The translations under genes were made by a program, and so were the position numbers. The notes beneath the pieces were generated by a model. That model had not been told where the DNA came from. It saw only the letters and a list, made by a program, of their open reading frames with translations, and made no database searches. This document shows, one piece after another, positions 1-13,340 of a stretch of DNA of 64,000 bases; the first letter of the stretch is position 1, and every line of letters begins with the position of its first letter. The DNA is from Paraspadella gotoi (lineage: Eukaryota > Animalia > Chaetognatha), in assembly GCA_051294375.1 (NCBI GenBank), contig CM119267.1, positions 14,377,694 to 14,441,693 on the forward strand. Reading direction: 5' to 3'.

Positions 1-2860
1 TTTGGTCGGTCATCCATCAACGCACTGGCGTTTGTTCTCTAGTATCTTTGCCCTGGACGAAACTAAAGGGCTGTGATCGCCAAGAAAAGACACAATCGCT
101 TCGACGTAAGTCCGACAAAGGCCTAAGGTCGGACGCGAGTCGCTGGAGAAGGCCGACGATTTTAACAACAACCGCGAAAAGATAGAAAGGAGTCGCGGAT
201 GCGCAAAATATCCACCGAGTTTACAGCATTTTCAGGACGTTTCAATAAATCAGCAATCTTTAGCCCCCTTCATTCTTGTCCCGCGATCCTTCTTCGGATG
301 GGTGGGATACCTGGCGACGTGGGAGTCGAATCTCGCCGAATCGCAATGAAGCGTGCCCCTATTGAAACATGCTGAACCGTCCGTCTTGCATGTCTTGCGC
401 CAAAGGGGTCCGTGATCGCCATGTGTATTACGGATTGTATTCGTTTTAAATGTTTGTTCTCGGACGAGACGACACCGGTGAGGAATCTTTTGGCTTCGAA
501 ATCCGTTGCCCAAATAACGTTTAGTAATTCTGATTTTTTCGTAACTCGCAGTCTGGGTTGGACTAATCCATTTATGGTGGACTAAATTCACGACTAGCGA
601 ATTGGCATGTTGACGGATGCCGGCTTTTTCATTGTGTATCTTTCGCTATATCTTGCCCACTGACGCTGGAATAATCGGAGCAAAAAAAGCATTTATTTTT
701 GGAATGTTTGACCGTGCTCGTTACATACCATGTTTATTCGGTTAACTTGATCATTCCAGGTCAATTAATGATGGAATCTAAGGCTTTATGATAATATAAA
801 TCATAATTGATAATTAATTGATTAAGAATATAAATTAAGAATTAACTGAAAAAACCTAAAAGTACTAAAAAAACGTGAATTTCAATATTTTTGCTTTTCA
901 ACACTCCTGGTTGCGGCGAAAAGTTTTTTTTTTAGATAAAAATTTTTAGTTGAAAGAGTTTAGAAATATTACTGTGAAACTTTAATCTCAGTTGCATATT
1001 GGAGTAAGCCATTTTATCTCAAATCTTTTATTTTGGTACCAAGGTAAATTCCCAAGGTTTTGTAAAGATATTCCAACCCGTCCTGTCAGAAGCTTGCCAG
1101 ACTATCATATTATTGTCGATTCAAATGTGGTCTAATTATATAATATATATCCTTAAATTAGTACATAGAGGCTAGTGATTCAAACTTAGAATAGTATTAC
1201 ATCAGAATTTATATTTATTGTTTTATACATGTATTTATATACACGTATAAATAGCCATAAGCCGACTGAAATTTAAATGTAATATATACAGCGTTAAAAT
1301 TATCTATCATGAGCATAGTTATTGTATATAAAATATTTTTGTCAAAAATGCTTTCTTTTGAGGCTACTAGCCTAATTAAAAATATTATATTACTATATAG
1401 AGCAAAATGTTTTATTTTAAAATTTTTTTAAGGATTCTGATAGAGTATAAAAGTTAACAATAAATATATTACAACTTTTAAAATTCTTACGTATTCTAAG
1501 TGAAAATATAACAAGTTGAGCAAACATGGCGAATCTGCCTATGATAATTAAGCGGTTATTAGATAATCAGATGATAAATGAGAAATTCTTTCAATTTTGA
1601 TCCTAACGGATCATAACATATCGTACCATACCAAACCAGTAATCACAAACAAATGATTTTTACTATTATTATTTTCGACTCGCATTATTTTTTTAACTTG
1701 CATCATTTTTCGACTTGCATCATTTTTTTTAAATTTGCAAATTATTTCATCTTGCATCATTTTTTTTAACTTGTATCATTTTTGCAACTTGCATCATTTT
1801 TTTCACTTTAATTAATTAATTATAAATTAATTAAATAATTGAGGCATAAACAATAAAAATTCAAGTCAATTAAGTTTTTTCCATGTACGACGGCCATCAT
1901 TTTTTTTTTCATAATTTATCATATTTGAGGTTCTGATATGATAAAAATTATTTACCGACAAGATTTTGGGTAGGACCGACGGACGACAGTGAATTATAGA
2001 GTCGGAATGTTCTTATAAGCAGATCCGTCTAAAAAACTGATAAAATCATCGAAAGATGTTTTTTTTAAAGTTTTTCTTATTTTTGACACACTTATCATAA
2101 AAATATTTAAAAAAGAATTTTACTTTTCACAGACAACTTTTATGAGCTATCTGAATCAGGCCTTAAAATTTAAAATATGAAGAAAAAAAAAATTTGCTTT
2201 CAACTCGTATTCATTTTGTCAACTCGCTCGATTCCATCGAAACTTTATATCCAGCTACATCACACACTTTCCTACCCACACACAAAATTTAATCTCAATC
2301 TATCCATCTATTTATGTTTAATTTGAGTATTATGGTTAAACTAGTAAAACATTAATTAATTATATAATATATATATAATATTATATATAATATTATATAT
2401 ATAATATGTTATAAAATATACTGTCATTCGCGATTTAATCAACTGAACATTAGTTTTATTATCATTCATTTGTAATTTGCATTAATTTTAATAATAAGTT
2501 TGTCTACAAAACAGATCCTTCGAGAAGAACCACTTGCTGTATTACCTCGCCTTTGTCTGGATAATCTTGAAATTGGTGGCGCCCTGTCTTTTATATTCCT
2601 ATCTTGTATTTGCAACAATTGCGTTCCGCGTTGTTACATAGGAATCATGAATGGGGTCGCGACAAGCATATCTATATTTTACGCGTATTTTGGGCCCTTC
2701 GTTTGCGGGATCAGTGCTTTCCTGGAGTCTTTCTCCTACGGAGGACGATCGAAAAACCATTCCCGCTAGACTATCATTTTGTGTATTTTTGTCCCGATGC
2801 GGTGTCTTTCTTGTTATGGTAGTAGCTTTCTTTCACCTCGTCGTGCGACATAAAAAGAGT
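1..2860 (+). pseudogene. Frameshifted copy of the MFS transporter 3' exons (likely artefactual)
   Basis: Same sequence as 26508-29446 with many 1-nt indels. Confidence 0.7.
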
Positions 2861-3050
2861 AAAATCTTCAAATTCTTAATGTTTCCATAACTGATATTTT
2901 TCAACTATACAAACACATGGGATAAAACAAAATAATTTATACTATATTTCTATTATATTCTTGTAACCTTTTACTTTGTCTTTATTTTAAAACCAATTTT
3001 TTTCAGGTGTGCCGCGTTTTTTGAAATAAACTTAGATTAAAACTGATGTG

Positions 3051-4723
3051 ATGAAGGCGAAGCGAAAGGTCCGGTCTTCAACGGAGGCGTGACTTTGCGC
3101 CGAAGCAAGCCGTCTGCGGGAACGGAGTCGCGATGCAATCAATGGGAACTCGTCGTCCGGGATCCTCCGTTTACCTCACACCCTCACTTTATTCCTCAAG
3201 GGAATTCCCACTTTCGAGTCTCCTTCGTCTCGGACGTTCCTGTTTTCGAGCACCTTCTCCCCTTTATTTCCCTTTCCGACCTCGCCGCTCTGAAATGGTG
3301 GACGAAACTGCTTACGGATTTTCCGCGAAAGTCCTACTGGAAGCACAAGCTTTCCTTTTCCTCAAAGACAATTCCGGCGGAAGGCTTTTCGCCAAGTATA
3401 CGACCAACATGCGCCCAGACCATCAGCTCTACCACCGACGCCTCTACACCAACTAAAGGTCGATCTCTCCCGGTTGGAGCGAAACCTCTCCCGTCTCACT
3501 ACCGTGATCTTCTGTCGCCTGCCTTCGAGTGTAACTCGGTCGCCACGGACACGACCGGTCGCTTCGTATTCGCCGCCGGTGAAAACCAGGTCGACGTTTC
3601 GCCATCGCCGAGATCGAAAGGGCGCCGTCTCAAGCTACGCCATCACGTCAATTGGAGAAAGCTACCGACTACGACGGCGTGATGAGAACGCCACCCATTC
3701 GTTCTAGTCAGTTCTGGGGGAACTGGTATTCGTGGCTCACTACGACGGCCTGGTTTTCGGTTGGAACTGGCGAGATCAGTCCCTGATCCACATGATTCGC
3801 GACAACGTCGAGATGGAGAGATCTCGACCACTACACGACATCCCGTCATCACGGCCATGCAGGTCAGGCAAGACAAACGGTTTCGGTCTATGGTCGAGGA
3901 CCCGTCACCGTCTACCGGTGGTGATAATCCCGAGATTTCTCCGTCGTCGGGTAAAGTCATTTTGGAGGGATACGCTTCAGTCCACGCGTCGATATCGACG
4001 CCCATCTAGTCGTCGTCGCTTACGATCTCTCCCCGGCTACGTCCATCAAATATGCGTTTGGGACCTGGAAAAGCTGCTCCGACAAGGTTTATCTCGGCGC
4101 CGGACGTCAAGTCACTTTGCTTCAACGCTGGCCCAGGGAAGCTGTTGGGCCGGAGCTACCAAGAATAGAGGTTTCCGCACCCTCTTCTTCAGGTACGAGG
4201 GGTTACTAATTTTTTTATTTAGTATAATTTTTCTTAGATTGAATAATGAATGGTTTTCTTTTGTCTTGCCGATTATTCAGACTTTACTTTCTTCTACCAC
4301 CTTTCCTCTGTCCACAACACTTCGTCCCTTCCCGTAATTGTTTTCCCTAACTTGTTCGGCCTAATCTTTATCTTTCCAGCTGTTCGACCTAAACGACGGT
4401 CAGGCAATAGTCTCTTTCAAGACCGAAAAGGGAGACCCATCTGACCGAGAGATGGACTACATTGAGGACTTTTTCTTGGAAGGTGGGGCATGTTTTGGAC
4501 CGACTGGTGCGACAAAATCGTCTCCGGCTACACTAGCGGACCGTCGCCGTTTACAGCTTTGAGACTCTCGATCCGCACCCGACGGCCTTCCTTCAAGCGC
4601 AAACGCTTCTCTGATACGTACCGTGTTGGATCAAGACATTTCTTCGAGGAGCCTATTTGGGTTCAATCATGAGTCTGACGTTTGCTATTCGACTTTTTAT
4701 CTCTTTCCTCTTCAAAATTTTGA
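3051..4723 (+). pseudogene. Frameshifted copy of the F-box/WD40 gene (likely artefactual)
   Basis: Same sequence as 29643-31365; fragments such as DVPVFEHLLPFISLSDLAAL and GYVHQICVWDLEK fall in different frames. Confidence 0.7.
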
Positions 4724-4909
4724 AACTGTTATGAACTTTTTTTCACAATCAGTTTATGCTTACCAGTGGAGTAGTATTGTGTTCCTTTACATTAGAAGAA
4801 AAATATTTCATAATTATTGAATTGCCCGGCCTTTTTCTTTTTTCAGATTGATCTACTCATTTTGTCAAGATGGCAACACTCGAACGTGATTCGAAACATT
4901 TGACGAAAA

Positions 4910-6113
4910 ATGGCTTCCGTATTGGGGAAGGAACTATGCATATCTAGCAAAAAAATCGGCAAGAAATATGGCAATCCACGAACCCGCCGTAAAAATTGAC
5001 CGGGACGAAAAATAATTGCGAACTTCGCTTCGAGCATTTTCGGCTTCTGCCCCGATTCCATATCATCGTCTACCGCGCTTTTCCTTGTCGCACGATCGTC
5101 CATGCTTCCTCCCCCTCCTCTGAATTGAGCTCCCAAAGTCTATGGAGCGGCGGCCCAATGAAATGGCGAAGTACCAGGGGCGAAGGTCCCAGATCCCGCC
5201 TCCTTCCTCGCGGAGAACGGGAGTGTTTCATCGAAGGCCTTCTAACGTCACTTTCTACAAAGATAAGGCCCTCACGCTTCTTTCTGGTTCCCACTCGGTT
5301 TTGCTGGTGAAACAATCGGCGAACGTCCACCGTGCTTGTCTCCGACAACAAAGATCTCAATGTCTACGAAGAGTTTGTTTTTATACCTACTATCGCTTTG
5401 ACAACTGGACAATTAAAATAACCCTTAAACCCGTCAAGTTGGAAGGCGACGTCAATCTGCCATGTACTCTACCGCAGGGCATGAACACCGTGGTTAAGAA
5501 GTTCGGTGTGCGCGTAATCAACCCACGCGGCCCCTCGATAACAGGTTCTATTTCCGCGCATGTACCCCAACTCGCGCAAGTCCTACGATCATCCCAGCCT
5601 CTGCTTAGAGGAGGCGAAAATACACCATCGTTTCGCATCAAGACGCCACTGGCGTGAGCTCACGGCCAAAAAGCGAATCACTCGCTCGTTCGCACCTTTT
5701 TCGTATGGATTCACCCGCTCTTGAGGGGTGTCCGCTTTTTCGAAAGGGGATGGCCTGATCGAGGTCCAGGCTTCCGTGCCCTTTTTCGCGTATGGCAAGA
5801 CTCTGATCAGTGGAGTTGGACTTCTCCGCCATCCCGAAAATGTCACGACGAAAAATATCAGTATCGAAATCGATCGAGTACAACGAGCTCAACTGGTTTA
5901 AACAGCTTCACGGCCGCCCAGCGAACGCCGATCCTTCTCAACTTCAACATGCGGCGACGCTGCCCGTTTGGGCGCGGCCTCGCCACCCGCCCCTCACCCC
6001 TATTTCGTCTTCCAGGCTAATCGGGCTTCATTTATTCTAGTCTCTCATTGGTTTCAAGCTACCTCTCGAGTTTATTTTACCGTTTTCTTGTTCTTATGCG
6101 TTTCGTTTTTTGA
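4910..6113 (+). pseudogene. Frameshifted copy of the orphan secreted-protein gene (likely artefactual)
   Basis: Same sequence as 31555-32787 with indels. Confidence 0.7.
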
Positions 6114-7940
6114 ACAAACCACACCGTTTTTTGTTTATTAATTTATTATACTTAGATGGTCCTTTTTGTCAACTTTTCATTCTAGTCACGGACGTCTCAT
6201 TTTTGAAAGCTAAAAAGATGCTTCGTTTTTCATTTCAATTTTATTTTTGTTGGGATTTTTTATTATATCGAACTGGGTGATGCTATAACTCCAACTAGAA
6301 ATTTCTCTAGAATCGACTGTAATCAGAAGGATTTTAAAAAGTACATGGAAATTGACACTTTTTGCAAGCTTTTACACACTTTTTAAATTTTCGTTACAAC
6401 TGAATTCAGACTGTGCTGAGGATCTCATTTACAGACTATGTTGTTCATAGTTTTGTTTTTACTCGTCCCATATGTATATTATAAGTTAACTTTTTTACAC
6501 ACACACACACACAAGCACCACCCACACCAAATCCATGGTACCGAAATCGGGAGGCGGAATATTTATATCGAGCGAATTGTAAATTAGGATTTCGTTGTAA
6601 GTTTTTTGCTGGATCATTGTACTTAATCGGAGGGTTATCAAGTAAGATTCGTGCAAGGAGGTCGATCAGTAATGTCACTTATTCCAAACCATCAGATATT
6701 TAATAAATGCTGTAAATTTTAAACTTTATTGTAAAGTAGTTAATTGATGTTTTGTTCGCACGTAAAATGGTTTTAATAGAGCTTGGCATGCGACGCGCAA
6801 TTTAAGTAAATTTATGATGAGGAGGTTGATCACAACTGAGGTGATGAAAGAAATATGCAAGTGACCACCGTCACCGTGTAACTTAAACTGCATTCTAAGA
6901 TCTTGCCAGGTATTCTATTAGCAAGTTGCACACGAGGTAGTGGGGTGAGAAAAAAAATCCCAATCTGTCTCACTGCGATAATTTTTCCGCTTACATAAGA
7001 TCCTTCTTACTCACAAGTGCGTCGAATAGTACCGCCCCTACCTCCTAAGACCTTAGCGTCGTATCGTCGTGTTAATTCGTATAATGTTCTGCTGAACATA
7101 AATCCCTAATTAGCTGCTTGAAGTTACAAGCATAGATACCTATACCTAAAGTACTATGGGTTGCAGTACAATAGAATCAGTACCTTTGTCGGTTTGAAAA
7201 CATCAATCCTTTATAATCGAATTAATCTTCGGTCAATCTTGCCCTGACATTTTTTTTTTTCCCCCGTTTTTATGGTATCAAAATTTTATCCGCGCCCGTG
7301 ATACCCGTCGTTTTTACCTTAAGAGGAAATAATTTAACTGTATCCATTTTGGCTATCCTGATAGCTCAGATTTCTAGCTTACTATACGCAACTTTTTAAT
7401 GCTACCATGCCCCTTGGACAATAATATCAGATTGTTATTCAATACAAAATCTACGCTCTTCAGTCATCACTCCCAACTAGGAAAACGCCCGACATGTAAA
7501 TAGCAACCTTTTACGCTCATATTACGACTTAGAAACAGCAAATTTGACGATTTACACATATTCCATCAGTTTGCTTTTAATCGGTTTTCTATATAGAAAT
7601 AAATGGTGCTCTATTCTTTTTGCAATAAGACCCTTTGTAATTGATATTGTCAAGTAGCACAAGATAGATGATCAAAAACACTAATAAACTTGGACAGGCA
7701 TATCAATTTGGTTTCACATACGTTATTTATGTAACTATTTTGAAGGATGCAGCTAAATATTCATTTACCTAACAATATTTTCAAGTAATGCGTGGTTTTA
7801 ATTTTTCACACATTGGGCGTTCCACTCTTTTATACACCTCATGTAACGGCATTTTTTTTGTTGTTCAACTTAGTTTAAAACGAGTTCACACTTATTTAAA
7901 AAAAGAAATATCTTTGTCTTTATCGTTTTATTAGATTATT

Positions 7941-9223
7941 ATGGAACTTGAAAAATTTTGACATTATCCCAGGCTGCCAGAACGTGGCTCTCAAGCTGAA
8001 ATTGTTACCAAAATATTTTTAATGATCAACGATGACAATTTCGTAAAACTCTTAATTAAGTATCTCCAGTTTGGGGCGAAATTATAAAGTCAGACCATGT
8101 ATTATGAGGAAGATTGCGGAAATGTATCCGCGGTCGATTATTTGTACAAAAAAATTTACTGATGATATGAAAAGAAAATCTAGAATTGGCCAACTTTTTT
8201 TCAATCGACATTGGACAATTCGAAAAAAAACAAGAATCTCTTTCAGATGCTTGGAATAATTGGTCCTGGCAAAAATCCTCCTACTATCACCACGAAGTAT
8301 ATGTGCGCTGTTTATGACGATGCGACTGACCTGGTTTTTGCTGTTGATGCAAACGAAATTTGATATGTTGGGACACAATTGATGGAATTTTCTGTTTCCT
8401 TCAACAATGGGATGGAAGGCTCATGAGAAAATTAATATGTGGCTGGGTGGACCGGTTAAACCATGTCAGGAAACGGTCGCCTGTACTGCCCTACATTCAA
8501 CAGACAAATTGTTTTATTAAACGTGGCAAGGAACGGACAAAACCGGCAGTTGATGTAACCTTCAAAGAAAAATTGTCCTTTTGGGAGGAAGCCATTTCTC
8601 GTCCTCTTTTGCTGTCAATGGTCAATATTAATAAGCGTACATCAATTCAATCCGGACCAAACTTTAGTGGCAGGTTTTTAATGTTTTGCCAACAAAACTA
8701 TTTTAATTGGACAATCGCCGCGTTTTGACGATGTTAAGCAACAGGGCTGACTGTAAATTTGAGCGGTATGGTCGCTCTTGCCTGTAAAAGAGGAGGAATT
8801 CAAGTGTTATGTTGTTTTTAGACAACGGCCAGTTGATTCATGAGATTAATTTACCATCGAAAAATTTTCAAATTCAAAACGTCGAGCTCAGTTCCACGCA
8901 TGTTTGTATTATCTACCAATGAACATTACCAAGTTGATAGAACAGTGCTTAGTGTATACACTCTAACCGGAATGTATGTTAAGAACTTAGTGAGAAGTGG
9001 TTGGATAAATAGATGCTTCTTTCACCCTTTTTTGCCTAAGCTTGTTTTCGCTGATGATTATCGTCTGTTTATGTGGGAATTGAGCGAATTAAGTTCTTCG
9101 TGACAACCTGTGATTCAAAACGTCAGTTCTTGTTACATCTTGCTTGTGTGTACGAGTTTGGTTTACTTTGCCAAAGTAGATGACACAACGTGTTCATCTA
9201 TTTACCATTTGTATTATTTGTAG
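7941..9223 (+). pseudogene. Frameshifted copy of the single-exon F-box gene (likely artefactual)
   Basis: Same sequence as 34670-35959 with indels. Confidence 0.7.
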
Positions 9224-10192
9224 ATAGTCATAACACCTAATTGTCAAACCGCGTCTAACTTTTTGTGTGAAAGTCATTTTGGCAAGCTTTGGGTTTGACG
9301 AAATATCATATCTTTGATTAAAGTTATTTGGCTTGCATCCCCAATTGTCTAATCGCTTTTGATTAACAACAATTATTGTACTTTTGCCGTGTTTTAATTC
9401 GTTTATGTTTTATAACAAACTATAGAAATGATATCATGGACTTATTCGTTTACCTGAATACAATAAATAGCTACTACTTCTTTCAGTTATATAGCAATAC
9501 TTTCAACAGTTAAAGATTAGTTAATTTAGTTTCGTGAAACTTGATAAATTAAAATTATAAATTACATGTTTCATTATTTTCGGGTCGCCAGTAACTAATT
9601 AAAAAGTAATTAAAACTATTAAATTAAATCACGACTTAATTTTTTTGTGACGAGGGTTTTCAAAAATTTTAATTTTATATTTATTATTTAATGAAAGTTT
9701 TTTTCTTTTATCATAATTTATATTTCTTCTTATCAATATTTTAATTAAACTAAATCATATATTATTTATATATTATTGGGATGGATGTTAGTGTTTTCTT
9801 CTAGAAATAGAGGGATCATCTATACACTGTATAGTATACAGTATTGTAACTCTCGCGTTTCTGAAGGAGAGAAGCCATGATCGTAACAGTAACAGTATAC
9901 AACACGAGGATTGATTACTTTCTGGATCGGTTTTTAAATAGACATCACACATGAATGATGATTTCTGTTAGAAAATCATTGAGAAACACATAATCTCCTA
10001 AAGACTGAACAGAAAGGGAATGTATATATATGATTTTTTTTTACTATTAGGGATAAGAATACAGAGTAGATTTGTATGTTATGATAGGGATACATACTGG
10101 GAAAAAGTTTTATAGGGGCACCTTTACATTTTGAATATAACTTAAATATGACCTCATCTTATTTTCTTCTTGCTCTACCTTCCTCTTTCTTT

Positions 10193-10217
10193 NNNNNNNN
10201 NNNNNNNNNNNNNNNNN
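10193..10217. other. Assembly gap, 25 N
   Basis: Run of 25 N. Confidence 0.99.
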
Positions 10218-10800
10218 TTGTGAGGATTTTTCAGGAGATCTCGACTCAAATCGAGCGACCGCGACGCTTCGTCCTCCCCTCGACGAAGTCAAAAAAGAAA
10301 TCCGACTCTATTCTACGTTTTCGCAAAAGCGAACGCTCCTCCTTTCCGCCAGATGTTCTACCAACTTAGAGAACATGAGGATACGAAGGAAGTGCAGCAT
10401 GCTTGTTAACAAATTTAACGATGGGCAAAAGAGATGGAGCGAGGGCTGGCACCGAAAAGGACGGTGGTGCTTGGAAGGAATGCAAGACAAGGCGCGGAGA
10501 ATTATACAAGCCAAGAGAGTTGGAAGGAGACGTTAATTGTAAACAACCGGGGAGGATGGCGGCGAAAACGGCTGAGGGATTTCTTCGAAACTGCGCTGGT
10601 ATAGAATCGATAGATGTATTATCGACAGGAAATGGTTAAGCAGAAGCAAATCCAGGCAAAGAGGACTTTCTTGACAGGACGGCGACGATATTATCGTAAA
10701 TAGAGATGACTACGGAGATCTGGATCAAATCTTCTGAAAGGAGACGGCGATGGAGGAGGATGATGTATGAGATAGAGATTGCCTGGACGCGTATTTGAGA
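10218..10800 (+). pseudogene. Error-laden second copy of the GTF3C5 3' end
   Basis: Contains ttccgccagatgttctaccaac (FRQMFYQ); inverse of ~23140-23697. Confidence 0.6.
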
Positions 10801-10856
10801 TTAGATTTCATTTTCAATTAATTTTTATATAATAGATAGTAAAATCGATTAAGTAA

Positions 10857-11546
10857 ATGGCGCAGACAAAGCAATGGCAAACAAAGAAGTCGCGTTCAAA
10901 AAACCTTTTATTCGGACCAAAGACATTTACGTTGGTCTTCCTTTCCGAAGACGGCTGCGAAATTCTGTTCTCGGCCAAATAACTAGGACTTTGGAAAAAA
11001 ATCAAATTGCCGAAGCCAAAAAGCGAATAAACGTCAGAAGATAAAGTGCGCAGAAGGACACTTATATAATATTATATATAGCGAATAATATATAGATACT
11101 TGGAATGAATTTCGTCCATTCTATTCATCTGGCCGCAATCAATGCACACATTGCGATAGAGGAGAAAGACTGTGTCGATCTTTTGCTTCGTCGACAGTCC
11201 CATCCGTCGTCGTTGACAGACCATTTGATCGCATAGAGGCTGTTTCACTAGAATCGACGAATTTCGGAAATGTTGGTGAAACGATACGTTGAGTTCGTTC
11301 ATTGACCTTAGGTTTTCTTCCAAAGGATTTACGAGGAACGCTTGAACTAGGAATTTTTTAAAAAACAATTCTGTAGGGAAGAAGCTATAGTTCCTGGGCA
11401 TACAGAATCTTTTAATCATGCTGGTTCTGTTACTTAGAAAGATAGGAAGTGAAAGCGACGGAAGTATCGAACAGTCTATTTGGGGTAAAGAGATTACGCA
11501 AACGAAATAAAGACCCGAAGAAGAAAAGAATAAAAACAAAAAATGA
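10857..11546 (+). pseudogene. Error-laden second copy of RPP38
   Basis: Inverse of 22412-23091 (atggcgcagacaaagcaa start). Confidence 0.6.
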
Positions 11547-11653
11547 TATTTATTTATTGATGTTTATTATTTTTGATATTCGCACTGTAACTACTTCCTC
11601 TTATACACTAGTTTGCATTTCGCTGAATATGATCTGATTTTTTTTTCAGCACC

Positions 11654-12408
11654 ATGTCCCAAAAAGTTTTTTAAATCAAAGATGACTGGAGAAGTTTGAG
11701 GAAGATCTTTACTCTCTCAGCGATCTCCTTTTTTTTTTTTTTTTCATCCCAGGAATCGGAGAGCTTTCGCAGCACGGTGAAAAACCCTAGATTCGGGACT
11801 TTCGTTTGTTTCGATGCCCCAATAATTGATGTGTGAAACAGATTTCCTGCTCCAAAATACGTCTTACTATTAAAGGACGCCCGGTTATAGACAAACCGGT
11901 TTTTTCGGACTTCTCGAAGAAATGAAGCTTTTGTTTCAAAGTTTTGCTGTAAAAAACGAGGCTGACCTTTCGAATCTAGTCCAAAGAAAGTTTGCTCAAA
12001 AGTATGAAAAATAATTTCATTTCCAACATCTCACAATCGACGGTTGTCGATTTGAGGCCTCGGAGCTTGTCTTATGAAATATGGCAACGCTGAAGCCGTT
12101 TCTTTTTGAACCGGCCTTTTCGATTCCTCTGAAAAGGTGATACTTGTCATCTGATAAAAGAATCCAACTATCTAGCAAAGCCCCGAAAAGAGGAAAATGT
12201 TCGAACCGTGTTGACACAGAATTTGTCAATGTCTCTTCGAAAAGGCGTTTAAGGCGAATGCCGACCTTCGTCTGGAAAGAAAATAGTTGTCATTCCAAAC
12301 TCACTGCGTTTGGATTACGACGGTCGTTTTACAATTGGTTCCTCAACAAAATGATCCGGATTTAAGATATTTAAGAATGAAAAGAAAATTCAAAGCATTG
12401 TATTGTAA
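11654..12408 (+). pseudogene. Error-laden second copy of the POU-homeobox gene
   Basis: Inverse of ~21604-22308; retains atctcacaatcgacggtt and tacaattggttcctcaacaaa (YNWFLNK). Confidence 0.6.
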
Positions 12409-12621
12409 TTGCAAAAGCGTATGATTTGTCAATTTTCTGCGAACTATAACAAGCATTATGTTGGTGGTTATTTTTTACGATTATTGTATTTTCAAAATTT
12501 CAATATTGCCTAAAGCAAAACATTAGTTGTTTTTTTTGACGACTTTCATTTAGTTCGAGGTTTAAAAATACGAATGATTTCGATATGTACCTTTTTTTCT
12601 TTTTCAGTTACAGACCAGACA

Positions 12622-13340
12622 ATGATAATGCCTTAGTCGATCCGACTTGAGACGGTGACCATCCTTACGCATAAGCAGTCGTGGGAGGGACGCTTTCCAT
12701 GCGTATTCCAGGAGACGGGTGTCAATGACTTGTTACGATGTTAAGGCGCCGAAAGTTACTGGGCTCGCGCTTTGAACCCAATTACCCGACTATTCAACCA
12801 ATACGGATTATCCCCAATTCGAGGTGCTTCGAAGGCAGCCTCTATGATCTAACGGATGTTCCGCCGTCGGTGGAATCCTTCACGACAAGGGTCGAAGAAC
12901 GATTTAGGTACGAGGTATATTTTTAAATCCTTCAAATCATTAAATTTTTAAGTTTACGAATTTTAATTATTTTTTCAGCGCGCTTCGAAAAAACTTTACG
13001 ACACCGACTGCAGAAAAATCAAGACTTCAAGAATGATTTATGTTAGCGATTAGGCATAAGCGGCATGACTTCTTTTACCCGGCTAAGTTGATTTTCCCAA
13101 CTAGTTTGACACCGCCCCCTTCGTTTGGCGCCCAAACCCCATCCTTCCGCCCATGAAAGAACATTATTCCAAAACTTACGACCCAGGCGAAAGATCCCGA
13201 ACCCGCGGACGAGTTCGAGTGGGAGGCGATGTTTAGGAATTCCTCAAATTCGGTTGCGAGTTCCGTGGTCGCGACGAGCATTGTCAAGTTAGCAATGAAG
13301 CAGTCTGGTCATGATCGTTTCACTATTTACGACAGTGATG
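12622..13340 (+). pseudogene. Error-laden second copy of the orphan two-exon gene
   Basis: Inverse of ~20700-21404. Confidence 0.5.

Larger units (their letters stand above)
1..10192 (+). repeat. Indel-rich direct duplicate of ~26508-36942 (probable uncorrected long-read gap fill or haplotig)
   Basis: Colinear match from base 1 (tttggtcg..catccatcaacgcactggcg = 26508) to 10192 (ctaccttcct..ttct = ~36942). Differences are mostly 1-nt indels spread evenly over exons and introns; the copy ends at a 25-N gap. Confidence 0.9.
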
